DNA from: the human T2T-CHM13v2.0 reference genome, Homo sapiens
Strand: one strand, 5' to 3'
DNA length: 64,000 nucleotides
Assembly (NCBI RefSeq): GCF_009914755.1
Contig: NC_060928.1
The position numbers were made by a program, and so were the translations under genes. Within the stretch, counting starts at the first letter, position 1. Every line of letters begins with the position of its first letter. Positions 30,790-43,697 of the stretch are shown here, one piece after another. Under the pieces are notes generated by a model, which saw only the letters and a list, made by a program, of their open reading frames with translations, ran no database searches and was not told the origin of the DNA.

Positions 30790-31430
30790 GCTCTTCAGAA
30801 GAAAAAGCCAGCTACCCAATAGAAAAAATGGCAATAGTTACGGACAGGAACGTCACAAAATAAACCTAAATGACCAATAAATATAAAAAAGATGCCTAAA
30901 GAAACAGTAGAGACACTGTTTCACACTTTAGTTGCCTGGGATTTTTATTTAGAGATTGTCACACATGGAGAGAAAAGTAAAGCGACACTGTCAGAATACA
31001 CATTTATACAACCCCTGGAGGCAATTTAACGCTGTCTAGTAGAGTTGAAGATATGTATCCACTAAAGGTCAACATTTCATTTCTGGACTTACACGCTACA
31101 GAAACTCTTGCACATGTGCATATTGACGTTCCTAGCACCATTTGTCTGTAATGAGGAGAAAGTATCTAAGTGATGGACACAATCTAAATGTTCATCAAAA
31201 GGAGGCCAGTGAATAAACTATGGTGTGTTCATGTAATGAAATACCACACACTATACAGCAGTGAAACTGAACTCACTAGAGCTACAAATATCACTCTGGA
31301 TCATTATGGATAACTCTCAGGAAAACATAATGTTCAGGACAAAAAAAAAAAAGTCCCGTGGAAGCATACCGTAAAAATGTTGCCTGTATGAAGTTTAAAA
31401 ATACTCAAAAGAAGGCAACTAGTGGTTACC
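30790..31430 (+). mobile_element. Old L1ME fragment
   Basis: Decayed ORF2 end and 3'UTR (cccaatagaaaaaatggcaa...acaatctaaatgttcatcaa...ataaactatggt). Confidence 0.65.
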
Positions 31431-31636
31431 AGAGAAAAATTCAGACTCTTAATCTGCATGTAGAAGCTGAATTTCTAGTCTTGGCAGTTTCTCTCAAGTT
31501 AGTATTTCAGCACTTTCTTGAAACTTTTGCCTCACTGGTGCCAAATTATTGCTACGATAGAAATTTACATATAATTTAGTAGAAATGGGCCCGAGTCCCC
31601 ACACTGCTCCAAGAAGAATTTGTTTTATAGTAGCAC

Positions 31637-32138
31637 AGAGCTGTCCAATAGAAACAGAATGTGAGCCTCATATGTAATTTGAATTTTTCTTTTAACCACA
31701 TTTTTTAATGAACAGTTGAAATTAATGGTAATAATAGATATTAACTAAATATATTAAAAAGATTCAATATGTAATTCATCAAAATTGAGATTTTAAAATC
31801 TTTTTTATACTAAATCTTTAAAATTTGATGTGCATCTTACATGTAGAGTGCATCTCTATTTGGATGTTAAATTTTTGCTAGAATTACTTGATATGTATTT
31901 AGATCTCCTAAAATTTACAGGTGTAAATGCAGATTTACATACTCAACTTATTTCAAATATACTTAGAAGCTTTCTAATAACTAAATGAGGTATTAGTTTG
32001 TAAATTTAAATTTTAAATTGTAATTTTAAACTTTTAAGTTAATTAAAATTAAATAAAATTACAAATTCAGTTTCTCAGTCTTCCTCACCACATTTTAAGT
32101 TCCACTAGCCACATGCATAGCTATATTGGACAGACTAG
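31637..32138. mobile_element. Charlie1/MER33-family hAT element (~500 bp, Charlie1b-like)
   Basis: cagagctgtccaataga...tatattggacag terminal inverted ends with an AT-rich interior. Confidence 0.75.
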
Positions 32139-32440
32139 CTCTAACCTGTAGGACTAAGAAATTGTCCAAATCCACCCATCTTTCCTCTCTGAGATTCCTA
32201 TGGTCATCTGATTGAAATCAAACTAAAAATGTGTAGAATGGCTTTGCCAGACAAAGGTAGCCCCACAGAGGTACCTCCAGCAAAAAATGTGGGTTGACCA
32301 GCAAGGTCAAGGCCATCTGACGACAAGACTCTCATCTGATTTATACACTCAGCCACCTACTTCTTAAACCTCTCAACTGCCTGTTATAGCTCTGGTCCAA
32401 CAATACACAAAGCTGGGGAGAATGCCTCAAGGCTCCATAC

Positions 32441-32623
32441 CTTTGGGTTGACTTTGTGTGTCTGGAATGTCTGTTTTAAATAAGATTTCCAAGGGATGCA
32501 TTGTGAGCCGTTCAACTTTATAAAACACCAGCTCCTTTCCAAGTGTGGTGCTTGGGTGTCCTCTGGGACTCCTTGGTAACTTCTACATCGGATAATTAAA
32601 CCCAAGAATCTGAAGGAACTAGC
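32441..32623 (-). pseudogene. Pseudo-exon, 183 nt, open, phase 0-0
   Basis: gtctctgcatatttcttctcag|ASSFRFLGLIIRCRSYQGVPEDTQAPHLERSWCFIKLNGSQCIPWKSYLKQTFQTHKVNPK|gtatgg. Confidence 0.55.
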
Positions 32624-33769
32624 CTGAGAAGAAATATGCAGAGACTTGCGGAGGCGAGAAAGTAGGAACTCAGATATGTTGATGATAAAACAATGCTAAA
32701 GGCAGGTATAGAAAAAAAGGACACTGGAGTTTTCAAATGGAAAAAGAGCCTGTAAAACTTAATCAAATGTCAACAGGGCAATTTGGCAGAAAAAGGTGGG
32801 AATCAATGGGATAGAGCCTTACAACCAAAAGTTGATCAGAACTGAAATGAAACAGATCTGTACTCTCCTCCTGATTTTGCCACTTGAAGTCCAAAGCAGT
32901 AAGCAGGGTGCCTTGTTAGGAAAAAGCAACCAGAATGCCAGTGGTTAAAACAGGGGGAATATTTGATTTTTAAATGAAAGGCTATCAGACACTACAATGT
33001 TCTAAAGTATCCTCACATTTTTATTATGCCTAATGCCAGCTCATGCACACAATACATCATTCACATGAACACTCACAGAACCACAGAAATGGCATAGAAT
33101 GGTTCCTTAAGAAAATGACCGTAAAAAAGCCTTTGAAACTATTGATAATTAATAAGCCAGGGAGTAGCAATTAATATGTGTAGAGATGGGGCACCTACTG
33201 TTCTCTGAGCCATAGCTCATTTAAAATACTCACCCTGTAATTTATGAGCGATATTTAATACCTCAGTGACCATAAACCTCAATGTTTTATTACCACTGCT
33301 TAGCATACCTTTGATGTGCTGCCCAGCACTACACAATCCAAAACAAATTACTTTCAGGAAGCTGGATATTATATAAATGCAGGAAAGTCATAAATAATGC
33401 ACAGGAGGAACATTTTCTGTGGGTTCTGACATGCCACAGTGGGTCTCTGTGAGTCTCTGTGAGTCTGACTTCTCAAGCATCTCACTGGGCTTGGATGAGG
33501 GGCAGGAGGGCGGCCCATCTGAGGAATGGTTGGTTGTCAGACAGGGTGGGAGTGCAGAGGGCCAGGCACTGACTGACACCATATTTTAAACCAATAACAG
33601 AGGGAAATGGAAAACAAATGAGGACTCTTTAGGAAGCTATGATCTACTTAGTGAGCTACAGATGTGTAAGGAACAAACCCTTCATTCATATTTTTGGTGG
33701 GCTCTTCATATTCCTCTTCCTTGCTATTATATGGGCATGCACTGGCTTCTCAACAGCTGTTCAAAACTC

Positions 33770-35850
33770 TCTATTCTCTTCAAGGTTTGGGATTCAAGAC
33801 CCAGATTACCCACACCTGCTTACATGAGACAATCTCCTACCTCACTGAAGAAATCGAGGTCATCCGGTGAGAATTCCTCCAACTTTCCTCCAACATAATC
33901 ATCCTTGTCAAACCTCATTCTTACTGAGGTTGCTCTGTTGTGAAAGGGACAATCCTTTCGCAAGGTGAAACCCCTGTGTCCTTAATCACATTCCCTTGCC
34001 CTCTCCTCCAACACCATAAATCATCCCCTTACAGTCTTAGTCCTCTCCCTCTCCACTGGTTCTTTTCCATTTGTCCTCAAATAGGATCAAATATATTGCA
34101 TCCCTCAAATAAACAAGCAAGCAAAATAAAATCTTTTTCATAACCACATTACCTTATTTCTGAATATGCTCTTCTCCCTCTCTTTGCCCCTACAGTCAGC
34201 CTGCCCTCATTGCCAAGCAGATTCTGTCCTCACCATTCTGCTAAGAATCTTCTGGTGGTTTCCCTCCTCCATGACATTCTTCTGGGCTTCGTCTGATAAG
34301 ACTCTCTACAGGGTTGAATATTGTTTCCTCTTCCTACCCTTACTTGAAACTTTCATGTCCCAGCCTTGCAGGTTCCTATTCTTGTTCAGGATTATTTTCC
34401 CCTAGGTCTCTTCTACTGGCTCTGCTTCCTTTGCCCATCCCCAGTCCTCTTCTCTGTATACTCTTTCTAGATGGTCCCACCCTCTTCACTGGCTTTAACC
34501 ATCATCCTGATACCAGTGACTTCAAGTCCTATTGCTGAAACTTAACTCCCTAAGCTTTACCAGTTGCTCATTGGACAATTTCGCCTGGTATTCCATAGGC
34601 CAGCATTCCAAAATATAAGTTATAAGGAGAGATGGGATATTTGCAAGGTGTCAAAATATCACCCCACAAACAACTTGATAATTGCAAAGAGGAAAATGTA
34701 TCTTCAAAATGAAAATATGTGATGGCCACTACCTTAACCAAGTGATCAAATATACTATCACTAATTGTGGACAATCTGCCATTTGATACCTGCTGAGGGG
34801 ATAAATAGAAAGTATGTGGCAATACCTGTAAGTTATTCTTGCCAATGATGTTTAACCTGAATGTAATCAAGTCTTTTAGACCTAACTTGCTGTTTGTATA
34901 AAACACAAGGGAGAGAGTAAAAAGCTAAAGGATACCACAAAGCAACAATCAGGCAAATCCAGATTGTGTGATCTCTATAGGTTGATTGGCCTGGTCTCTT
35001 CAAAAAGACAATAAGAGTCAATATCATTTTTAAAAATGGAGACTGTTCTGAGATAAAAGAACTAAAAGAGATAACAGTCAAATGCAATGCATAAAGCGTG
35101 ATTGAATCTTGCTTTGAAACAACCAGCTATAAAAGATATTTTGGGTATAATGTAGAAAATTTGAAGACAAGCTTTAAATTAGCTAATATTAGAGAAATAA
35201 TGTAAATTTTCTTAAATGTTTTATGGTATTGTGCTTTTGGAGGAGGATTTCCTTATTATTGGGAGATGCATGCTGAAGCATTTAGGGATGAACTTTTGTG
35301 TTACCTGCAACTTACTTTCAAACGTTCTGCAAAAATAAACATCTGCATGTGTGTATAACTCAAATACAGCAAAGCATCAATAATTTTTTAATTTAGGGGG
35401 TAAGTGTGGGAATGTTGAATGTACTTTCCTTCAACATTCTGGCATGTTTTAAAATTTTCATAACAAAAAAGTAGAAAATATGAAGGGAAAATGAAGTAGG
35501 CAAAAAACAAAAAAAGTAGACAAAGAGTAGCCAAAAACTATAAATATAAATTTAATACTTTTCTTCTGCCTCCCCCTTCCCTATTTTTTCTATTCATAAT
35601 TTACCAAGTAGATGAAGCTAAAAATCTTAGCATCATCTCTAACTTCTCTTTTCCTCTTCAGATCTCCTACTTCCTTCCCTCCTATCATCTGGTCTTTATC
35701 TCTCCATATCTTGAGTCTCTGTACCACCCTCCACCATTGCTGCCACACTGCCCTCATGGGTCCTCCATCATGAATCACCTGGACTTCCACCCCCCGGGCT
35801 TAATCTCCTCCACCATCAGTCCATTTTCCCTATTCACTCCCCTGATGAAA
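33770..35850 (+). mobile_element. L2 fragments (~33770-34610 and ~35590-35850) split by an L1M insertion
   Basis: Pyrimidine-rich L2 motifs (ggctttaaccatcatcctgatacc..., aaaaatcttagcatcatctctaacttctc). Confidence 0.55.
34620..35480 (+). mobile_element. Old L1M (ME/MC-type) 3'UTR
   Basis: ggccactaccttaaccaagtgatcaaa...gagatgcatgctgaagcatttaggg...ttttaaaattttcataacaaaaaa. Confidence 0.7.
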
Positions 35851-35889
35851 CCTTTATGCAAACTTCCACTGCCTGGGAAATAAAATCAA

Positions 35890-36117
35890 ATTCCCTGAAA
35901 TAAAACTATTAAAGGATAACATTGGAATGGAATCTAAAAGTAAGGACAAGAGGGAAGTCAAATTGACATCTAGCAACACCCTCAGGCTTTTGACTGCAAA
36001 GCTAGAATTTTGATTCCTAGGCTGCCTCACTCCAGGCTTCATTTTGTGCAGAGACAGCAAAGAAGATAGGCCTAGGAAAAAGGATGGTGTCTTCTTAAGG
36101 AAACTTGAACTGTCTAC
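35890..36117 (-). pseudogene. Possible pseudo-exon (3' boundary undefined)
   Basis: cctggttcttttttcag|VDSSSFLKKTPSFFLGLSSLLSLHKMKPGVRQPRNQNSSFAVKSLRVLLDVNLTSLL, open. Confidence 0.4.
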
Positions 36118-36269
36118 CTGAAAAAAGAACCAGGTATGGATCAACCAAGTAGTGTTCTGGATTTTTAAGGTCTATAAAAGAGAGACAGTACCTTTTAACT
36201 ACCAAGGCCATGACTTCAGATGCTCAATGAAAGACTCATTTTACTGACTTCAGTAAGTGGTTTATAACA

Positions 36270-37080
36270 CTCTTTCAGTGAAGGTGAGGGAAGCAAACAC
36301 TCTCATACATTGTTAGTATGAGTGTAAATTGGTACAGTCACCATGGGGGGCAATTTTCTTTTATACTCTTAGATCCAGGTGAGGTCACTTTGGAAAATTT
36401 GTCCACCAGATATACTTGCTGCTATGCTTTTAATGAATCCCCTCCAAAACTTAGGTGTTGCCAATGTGGTTGTATTAAGAGATGAGGCCTTTAAGACGCG
36501 ACCAGGCCATGAAGGTGCCACCCCTATGAATGGAATTAGGTGCCATTATAAAGGTGTTTGGCAGAGGGAGTTGTTTCTCTCTTGCCCTCTGCCTTCTACC
36601 ATTTGAGGCATGGAAATAAGGTCCTCACCAGATGCTGGTGCCTTGACCTTGTACTTACCAGCCTTGAGAACTGTGAGAAATAAATTCCTGTTCTTTTTTA
36701 ATTACCTAGTCTTGGGTGTTCTGTTACAGCAGCACAAAATGAACTGAGACATTTGCACATATGCAAAATGATGTATGGTATATATAATTCTGAATTCTGC
36801 TATGTCATTCATTAAGACATTTTTTCTCAATTGGAAAAATATTGAAGTAAGCAAAACCTCCACCAATAGCGGACTAGTTAAATAAATTATGGTACTTCAG
36901 CCTAAAGGAATATTATCGGTTAATGTAAAGAATTGTGAAGAACTCTATGCACACATCTCTGTAAGACGTATTGCGACATGAAAAATGCAAGGTGCAGCAC
37001 CATGTGTATAGTGCTCTAAACTTTATGGTAAAATGTGAGAAAATAGAGAATAGGTGCTTGAGAATAAAAAAGTCAAAAAT
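36270..37080 (+). mobile_element. Old L1ME fragment interrupted by an MST LTR
   Basis: cactctcatacattgttagtatgagtgtaaattggtacag...aataaattatggtac. Confidence 0.6.
36420..36751 (+). mobile_element. MST (MSTC/D-like) MaLR solo LTR
   Basis: tgctatg...gaactgagaca, near-TSD CTTGC/TTTGC. Confidence 0.8.
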
Positions 37081-37089
37081 AATGCAGCA

Positions 37090-37900
37090 ATATTAAGTGT
37101 GAAAATTATCCACCACCTCTAAGGTTAGAAAAACACAGGGAAGATGTTGGTGTTATCATAACCTAGAAACTTGAAGGGATAAGCACATGGAGCTGGGACT
37201 CATACCTCTGAGAAGGAGAACCACCGGGCTGGTGCTGACATCTCTGATGGGAGTGGTGGGAGACTATCTTAGTCTGTTTTGTGTTGCTATAACAGAATAC
37301 CACAGACTGGGTACATTTATAAAGAAAATATATTTATTTCTTATAGTTATGAAGGCTGGGAAGTCCAAGGTTTAGGATCTCACATCTGGCAAAGGCCATC
37401 TTGCTATGTCGTCCCATGGCAGGAGGTGAAAGGGCAAGAGAGCACATTTGCCAGAGAGGAAGGGGGCCAAAGTCATCCTTTATCAGGAACTCATTCCCAC
37501 AATAACTAATCCATCCTGGCAATAATGACATTAATTGATTTATGAGAGCAGAGCCCTCATGGCCTAATCCCCCCTTAAGGGTCCCACCTCTCAACACGGC
37601 TGCACTGAGAATCAAATTTCCAGCCCCTGTGAACTTTGGGAGACACATTGAAACCATAGCAGTATGAAACCACATTGAAACTGAGACTGGTTCTGGGAGT
37701 GCAAGTACAAGCTGGAGATAGGAACAAATTGCTCCACCATGCTTCCCCTTTCTGCCTTTCAGTCTTCCTCTATTACTCCCTATTGGCAAAATCTAACAGA
37801 GAACGAGCTGACAAAGGAAAAATGTAGTTTCCTGAGTCCCAGCATGGAGTGTAGAAGGATGGGTTTAAAGCTGAGAGGTGATAGCTTAATAACTAGCACA
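37090..37900 (-). mobile_element. LTR41-like ERVL LTR, interrupted by MSTD
   Basis: Ends gggtttaaagctgagaggtgatagcttaataactagcaca, the reverse of the LTR41 5' end. Confidence 0.6.
37265..37661 (-). mobile_element. MSTD-like MaLR solo LTR
   Basis: tatcttagtctgttttgtgttgctataacagaataccacagactggg...aaaccatagca. Confidence 0.85.
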
Positions 37901-38127
37901 GTAGATTCAATAAGAATGGCCAAGGTGGACATAGGATCATCATGTGGCTGTTGGAATTAGTGCATTTGCAAGTGATCATGCCTTTCCGCCATCCTCTAGA
38001 CCTGCCCCTGCCCACTATAGCCTGGGATTAGCACTGGCACCAGGAGTGAAGTCCCGATTCACACCAGTATATTATGTCTTGTCTGTGGACCAGAGCCTCT
38101 GTGGGACTTTTGGAAAACATTATTTTT

Positions 38128-38366
38128 TTATTTTTTTGAGACAGGGTCTCACTCTGTCACCCAGACTAGAGTACAGTGGTGCAATCTTGGCTCACTGCAG
38201 CCTCCACCTCCTGGGCTCTAGTGATACTTCCACCTCAGCCTCTGAGTAGCTGGGGCTACAGGAGCACACCACCAAACCCGGCTAATATTTTTGTATTTTT
38301 GGTAGAGATGGGGCTTCACCATGTTGCCCAGGCTGGTCTAAAACTCCTGAGCTCAAGCGACCCAGC
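38128..38366 (-). mobile_element. AluJ with ~50-bp deletion in the left arm
   Basis: Jumps from ctcaagcga to cccagc. TSD AAACATTATTTTT on both sides. Confidence 0.88.
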
Positions 38367-38580
38367 ACAAACATTATTTTTATTTACTCTTCCAATATCA
38401 TTTGTGATTAATAATACTGTCAGTGCATTACAAGCAAGAAAGTTGAGTAAGAAAAATAAATATTTCTAAATAAAGGATCTCCGTCCTCCTCTTCTCTCCT
38501 GCGATTTCTCCCTCCTACTCAGTCTGTCAGACAATGGAGGGTTAGTTGAACCAAACAAACAAGTGGTTTGAGCCACTCAC

Positions 38581-38849
38581 TTGGAAGCACCCATTGGACC
38601 TTATTTGGGATGGATGAGGTGGCCTGGCATAGTCTTGGGGGAAATAAATTGGGACCTGCTCCTTAATCCTAAAGTGCCTGGCCTCAGGAAAACTGACATC
38701 TCAAATGCCTTCCTGTCTCCACTCTCCAGTTTCCTTTTTCCTGCACCCATCTTCAGGTGTCCAGTCCTGAAGGATGGCCCTGTCTCAGCAGCCAAATGAG
38801 ATTTGCAAGAGGAAAGACAACAGTTCCCACCATCTTCTTGAGTCAATAG
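38581..38849 (-). pseudogene. Pseudo-exon
   Basis: ttttatttgccttcagcttcag|LLTQEDGGNCCLSSCKSHLAAETG...HLIHPK*GPMGAS AA|gtgagt. Confidence 0.5.
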
Positions 38850-39458
38850 CTGAAGCTGAAGGCAAATAAAAAGCCCTGTGATGCAATTCCAAAGGAAATG
38901 CTTAGAGGAGTGGGTTTCACATGTCTCCTAGAAAGGCAGAATTTGTCTATCCCAACAAGTTTTTAAAACATGTTTGTTAATCACATCAATGCCTTGCCAG
39001 CTCCTCCCTGCCCCTTAATGTTCTCTATTCAGGTCAAAGAATATCCTCCTTGCACCGCCCTTCTCCCTGTGACTTGGTGATTAGAGGGACGACTAATTTA
39101 AGTGCATGTCCTCTTATCTTGAGGCAATATTTCACAAAGGAAAGTCTTAAAAATCCAAGATAAACTTATTTTTATAATAGCTATGATGCCAAATAAATGG
39201 CGAGCAGCCCTTTACTGAGTTTTATAGAGTAGAAATATCTTCAAAACAGTAATAAATTAACAATAATAAACAATAATGAATTAACCAAGACATAACATTT
39301 GCCCTTCAAGTGTCTCAGCTGGATATATAAACAACAGTTGTGCCCTCTTTAAAAAAATCTCATCATAAAAAAATGCAAACTTACAAAATAACCAAATTAG
39401 CAATTGATTACCTATGTTATGAAGGAATCTCTGTAAAATAACCATAAAAGATCCTTTT

Positions 39459-39764
39459 GGCCAGGCCCTGTGGCTCACGCCTGTAATCCCAACACTTTGG
39501 GAAGTGGAGGCTGGCAGATTTCTTGAGTCCAGGAGTTTGAGACCAACCTGGACAACATGGCAAAACTCCATCTCTACAAAAAAAAAATACAAAAAATTAG
39601 CTGGGCATGATGGTACCCATCTGTAGTCCCAGCTACTCAGGAGGCTGATGTGGGAGGATCACTTGAGCCCAGGAACTTGAGGCTGCAGTGAGCCGAGATT
39701 GGGCCACTATAGGGCAACCAGAGTGAGACCCTGTCTCAAATAATAAAACAACAACAACAAAAAC
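39459..39764 (+). mobile_element. AluJ
   Basis: Full Alu, TSD AAAAGAT(C/T)CTTT. Confidence 0.9.
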
Positions 39765-39897
39765 AAAAGATTCTTTCATTTATTCCTCCAGTAGGAATCA
39801 CTTTACCAAAATTTCATTTATTTTTAAGTTCTTAGAAGGAAATCCACTTTGTAAAGGGAAGGGCACCCGTGTTCAACACAAAGCGTTTTTATTTTAC

Positions 39898-40335
39898 CAG
39901 TGGAAGCTCTGTCTGAGTATTATCACGTTGAGTCCTGTCTCTAGGTCTTGGTCTTTCTTACTTTGGCTTCACTTCTCTGTGCTTCCTGTAGAAGCCTATA
40001 CCAATTCAAGGATTGATTCAATGATTTCTAGGTAAATTTCCCAAGCCTGTCTTCCACGAGCCACTGTCTCGTGGTGCTCTCCTAAATCTTCATTCTTCAG
40101 AATTCTTTCAATGACCACACTCAGAGTGGACCTAAGTACCTATGCCTTGACCACATTGATTGGAGTTCAGTAACTTCACTTACCATCTAGCATGTTTAAG
40201 ACAAATTAAATTGTTTCCATTTCAATTGCAATTTTACTTTGGATGACAACTAAAACCATTTGAACTTATAAAATACTGGATCGCCATTTAAAAACATTCA
40301 TTTACACTCCCACTCTCTCTTTGCCTCATATTATC
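39898..40335 (-). pseudogene. Decayed coding block(s)
   Basis: One frame reads MVLVVIQSKIAIEMETI*FVLNMLD (G|gtaagt at 40183), then RSTLSVVIERILKNEDLGEHHETVARGRQAWEIYLEIIESILELV*, ending TG|gtaaaa at 39897. Confidence 0.5.
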
Positions 40336-40660
40336 TTATATGAAAATGTATGTCTTGAGGTATTACCACAGACTTCTCTGAGCTTTATCCAAACCCACAG
40401 GCCTCAATATTGAGCTAAAAATCTAGCAAAATTAGGTAGTCTTGGTGGATTTCTAAAGCTTTCAGTTTTCAATCAGGCTAGAAATAGCATCAGGGAAAAT
40501 ACTTTTGTGTTATATGATTTGTGGCCAGCCCTAAGTCACCCTTTAAGAAGGTTAGGGTTTGAAAAAGCCACAGTTTAAAATGTAAACTATATAGATCAGA
40601 CTTCCAGAAATGGAATAGAGCTTGGATTGGGTTAAAGATTTGGGTTATATTTTATTTTAC

Positions 40661-40838
40661 TTGAAACAATTCCCCTTTTCCCAACTAATAATAGATTTGT
40701 CCAGTAAATGTGGTGTGCCATGCCAGTATCTGTTGATGTTAAACAGCTGGGGAGCCAGTGAGACCCAGTGGGGAGGATCAGCTTCTTTCACTTCATGGAG
40801 AAGCTCAGGAAGATGGTCAATTGTGTATTCACTGCTAT
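40661..40838 (-). pseudogene. Pseudo-exon, open
   Basis: cttgtcacaagcag|(D)SSEYTIDHLPELLHEVKEADPPHWVSLAPQLFNINRYWHGTPHLLDKSIISWEKGNCF AA|gtaaaa. Confidence 0.45.
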
Positions 40839-41841
40839 CTGCTTGTGACAAGATTAGACAATGTATGTCTTATGTTTTAAGGTAACGTTTTCTACATTTA
40901 CAATTTCCCTATTTGTTTCTCTCTCTTTGTGTCTGTATGTGTGTGTGTGTATACGTATATTTTTAAAATTTACATTTTCTGAGAGGTAGTGTTGAAGGAA
41001 GTCCTGTTATTAATGTGTAAATAGAAATCTGATCATTTAGACGTAAGAAATTCACTCTCCTAACAGCTGGGTGGGCTCTCCAAGTTTGAGGAGGCATTTA
41101 GACCACCCGAAAGCAGCTGTAATGTTATTTTTTGAATGCTCTATTTTGAATATGAATGTAAAGTCAATCTTAGCTTTCCCATGATTTGAGCTTAGCACAA
41201 CACACAACAATAAGTGAGTCCAGAAAAGGCAAAGGACCTTTAAGAAATTTGCTTTGATGACATTAAAAGAACTGAGTCTGATATTAGACAAAGATATCAG
41301 ACTCAGCTCCCATATGGACAAGATACTTGTTTCTTTCAAGTCGGGTCTAACAGCACTGGATGTTGGGAAAGCACTCAGTTGTTTTCTCAACACAGGAAGA
41401 ACCAGCTAGCCAATGCCAAATAAGTGAACCTCTCTGCAGGTGGGATTCCCACAGCTGGGTGATAGCATTTATCCTGATCTATTTATTACTTCATTCATAT
41501 TAATCTGCCTCAACTATTTTCAACCATCCTTTCACTTCATCTAAATGTGCTATTAACTCCTTCAATATGGAGACCATATTCTTCACTTATTCTTACACCA
41601 ACTACAGAACCTATTAAAAACAGTAGACCCTGTGAGAGCCCAAATAATGTTTGAGTCCAACATTAAAATGAACTAGAGTATCAATAGGTTTGTGTCCTTA
41701 CACAAATTAGAAGAGTGCAGAAAACATGAACCATAGCAGGAAGACTGTAACTGGAGAAATTAACTTGTGTTCTCCTTTTTAAAAAAAAAACATGGACACT
41801 CATACAGACTAGGGTTGGTCTTTTACAATGTCAAGACAGTG

Positions 41842-42150
41842 AACAGGGGTTCTCGGACAGAAGTCAGATACTGAAAGGCTTACAAAAGCAACGTAAACGA
41901 ATGGAAAGCAGTCTGGATGGAAACTGGGGTGAGCTGGAGAGCATATGCTTTGTGTAAGTGGGGAATGGCTACTGTGCTCCAGGCTATTGTTTCACCAATG
42001 TTGTTAACTGCTTTTCAGGAGAAGCCAGAGTTCTGAGAATCTATGAGGACTTTCCCAACTTTTAAATGTTAACAAATACTTTTTAAAAACATTGAAATTC
42101 TAGGCATGCCAAATGAAACTCTTCTGTGGACTGCCAGTTTGCAATCTCTG
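41842..42150 (-). mobile_element. MER102-like hAT-Charlie element
   Basis: Ends ctgccagtttgcaatctctg, with internal ttttcaggagaagccagag. Confidence 0.6.
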
Positions 42151-42218
42151 TTGTATGAGATGGAATGTCTTGAGGAACAGAGGCAGAGATGGGCAATATG
42201 TCATTGTGGTGATGCAAG

Positions 42219-43071
42219 TGATATGGGAGGGGGGACAGGGAAATGCTGGGAGGAGAAGGGTGGGGTCCCTGGCGAGGGCACCACCCTTGGGCCTGTGCCC
42301 ATGGACCTAGGTGAGGACAAGCCCTCTTGTTTTTGCGTCCAAATATTGCATTTTCCAAGACCAGCCTGGCCCACCAGACCCCCCATTCTGTGCCTATAAA
42401 ACCTGAGTCCCTAATGGGCGCACACACACAAGCAGCTGGACTTTCAGAGGAACATACTGGCAGACAAGCACACAGGCGACTGGACATCGAGAGGAGCAGA
42501 GGAGTGGGAGACCACACCAACAGGCACCAGCAGACGCGTCAGGCCATCAACTGGCAGAACAATGTGGACGCCCAGGGGCATTTGGCTGGGGCGGTTGGAG
42601 GAGAGTCCAGGTGCGGAGCGGCCTGACTCCAGAGGAAAACCACTTTCCCACTCCATACCCCTTCTGGCTCCCCATCCATCTGCTGAGAGCTACTTCCATC
42701 ATTCAGTAAAACCGTGCACTCCTTCTCCAAGCCCACGTGTGATCCAGTTTTTCCAGTACACCAAGACAAGAACCCCAGGATAGAGAAAGCCCTCTGTCTT
42801 TGCGATAAGGCAAAGGTTCTACCTGAGCTGATTAACACAAGCCACCTACAGATGGCAAAACTAAAAGAGCACACTGTAACATGCCCACAGGGGCTTCAGG
42901 AGCTGTAAACATTCACCCTTAGATGCTGCTGTGGGGTCAGAGCCCATGCTCCCCATGACCTGCCTGTCTGCCTGCTCCCACTAGGGGTTTTGAGCAGCGG
43001 GGCACTGAAGAAGCGAGCCATACCACCATAGCACACCCTGCGAGAGGCACAAGGGAACTTTGCCCATTTCA
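42219..43071 (+). mobile_element. ERV1 solo LTR (LTR1/LTR27/LTR28/MER52 group)
   Basis: TGATATGGGAGG...CCCATTTCA, 853 bp, perfect 4-bp TSD CAAG at 42215-42218 and 43072-43075, TATA box cctataaaa near 42395. Confidence 0.88.
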
Positions 43072-43349
43072 CAAGCACAAAATGAATGGTTAGACCCTGA
43101 AACTATTAGGGTCCTTTCCAACTCTGAGACTCTCATCTAGGACTGATAACCCCAGACAACGGGTCACATTTACTGACAAACACTAGTTCTGTTCCTTATG
43201 CCAGCAAAGCATGAGTAGTCCCAGAGTACTGCCCAAAAGCCCCAGTCCATCCCTTGGTTTTCAATTAAAGCATTTCTTATTGGTTTCAAAGAAAGCCCAT
43301 GGTGACAAAGTCAAGATTAAGCCAAATGCTTTTGATGTTTATCAAATAC

Positions 43350-43569
43350 CAGAGCTACATCTTTGTCTTCCATAGAAGAAACTGAGAAAATTGTGTTCAT
43401 AAGATTTCAGCGACAGAAATCATTTACCCAGAATGATTTTCCTCTGCATGCCAATGCAGGGCTGATGATGGTGAAGACTGGAGTCACAGACGGTATGGGG
43501 GAGGACCTCACTGAATGCTTTACCAGGTGTGACTTGCAAAGCAGCAAGTCACAAATCTTTCACAGACAC
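43350..43569 (-). pseudogene. Possible pseudo-exon
   Basis: tttaatttggttctag|VSVKDL*LAALQVTPGKAFSEVLP...; ends ...NLMNTIFSVSSMEDKDVAL|gtattt in a shifted frame. Confidence 0.35.
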
Positions 43570-43697
43570 CTAGAACCAAATTAAATCTGAAGAACAATAA
43601 AAATAATGTCATTATTTTAAGAAAAGGTATTTTATAAAACCAAAGAATCAAGACAGAAGACCACAAAACAGAGAAAGCTGGGAGGGACCCATCCTGG

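Noticed and set aside
42083-43078. Cluster of overlapping ORFs on both strands
   Set aside because: GC-rich LTR sequence has few stop codons, and no gag/pol/env similarity is visible.
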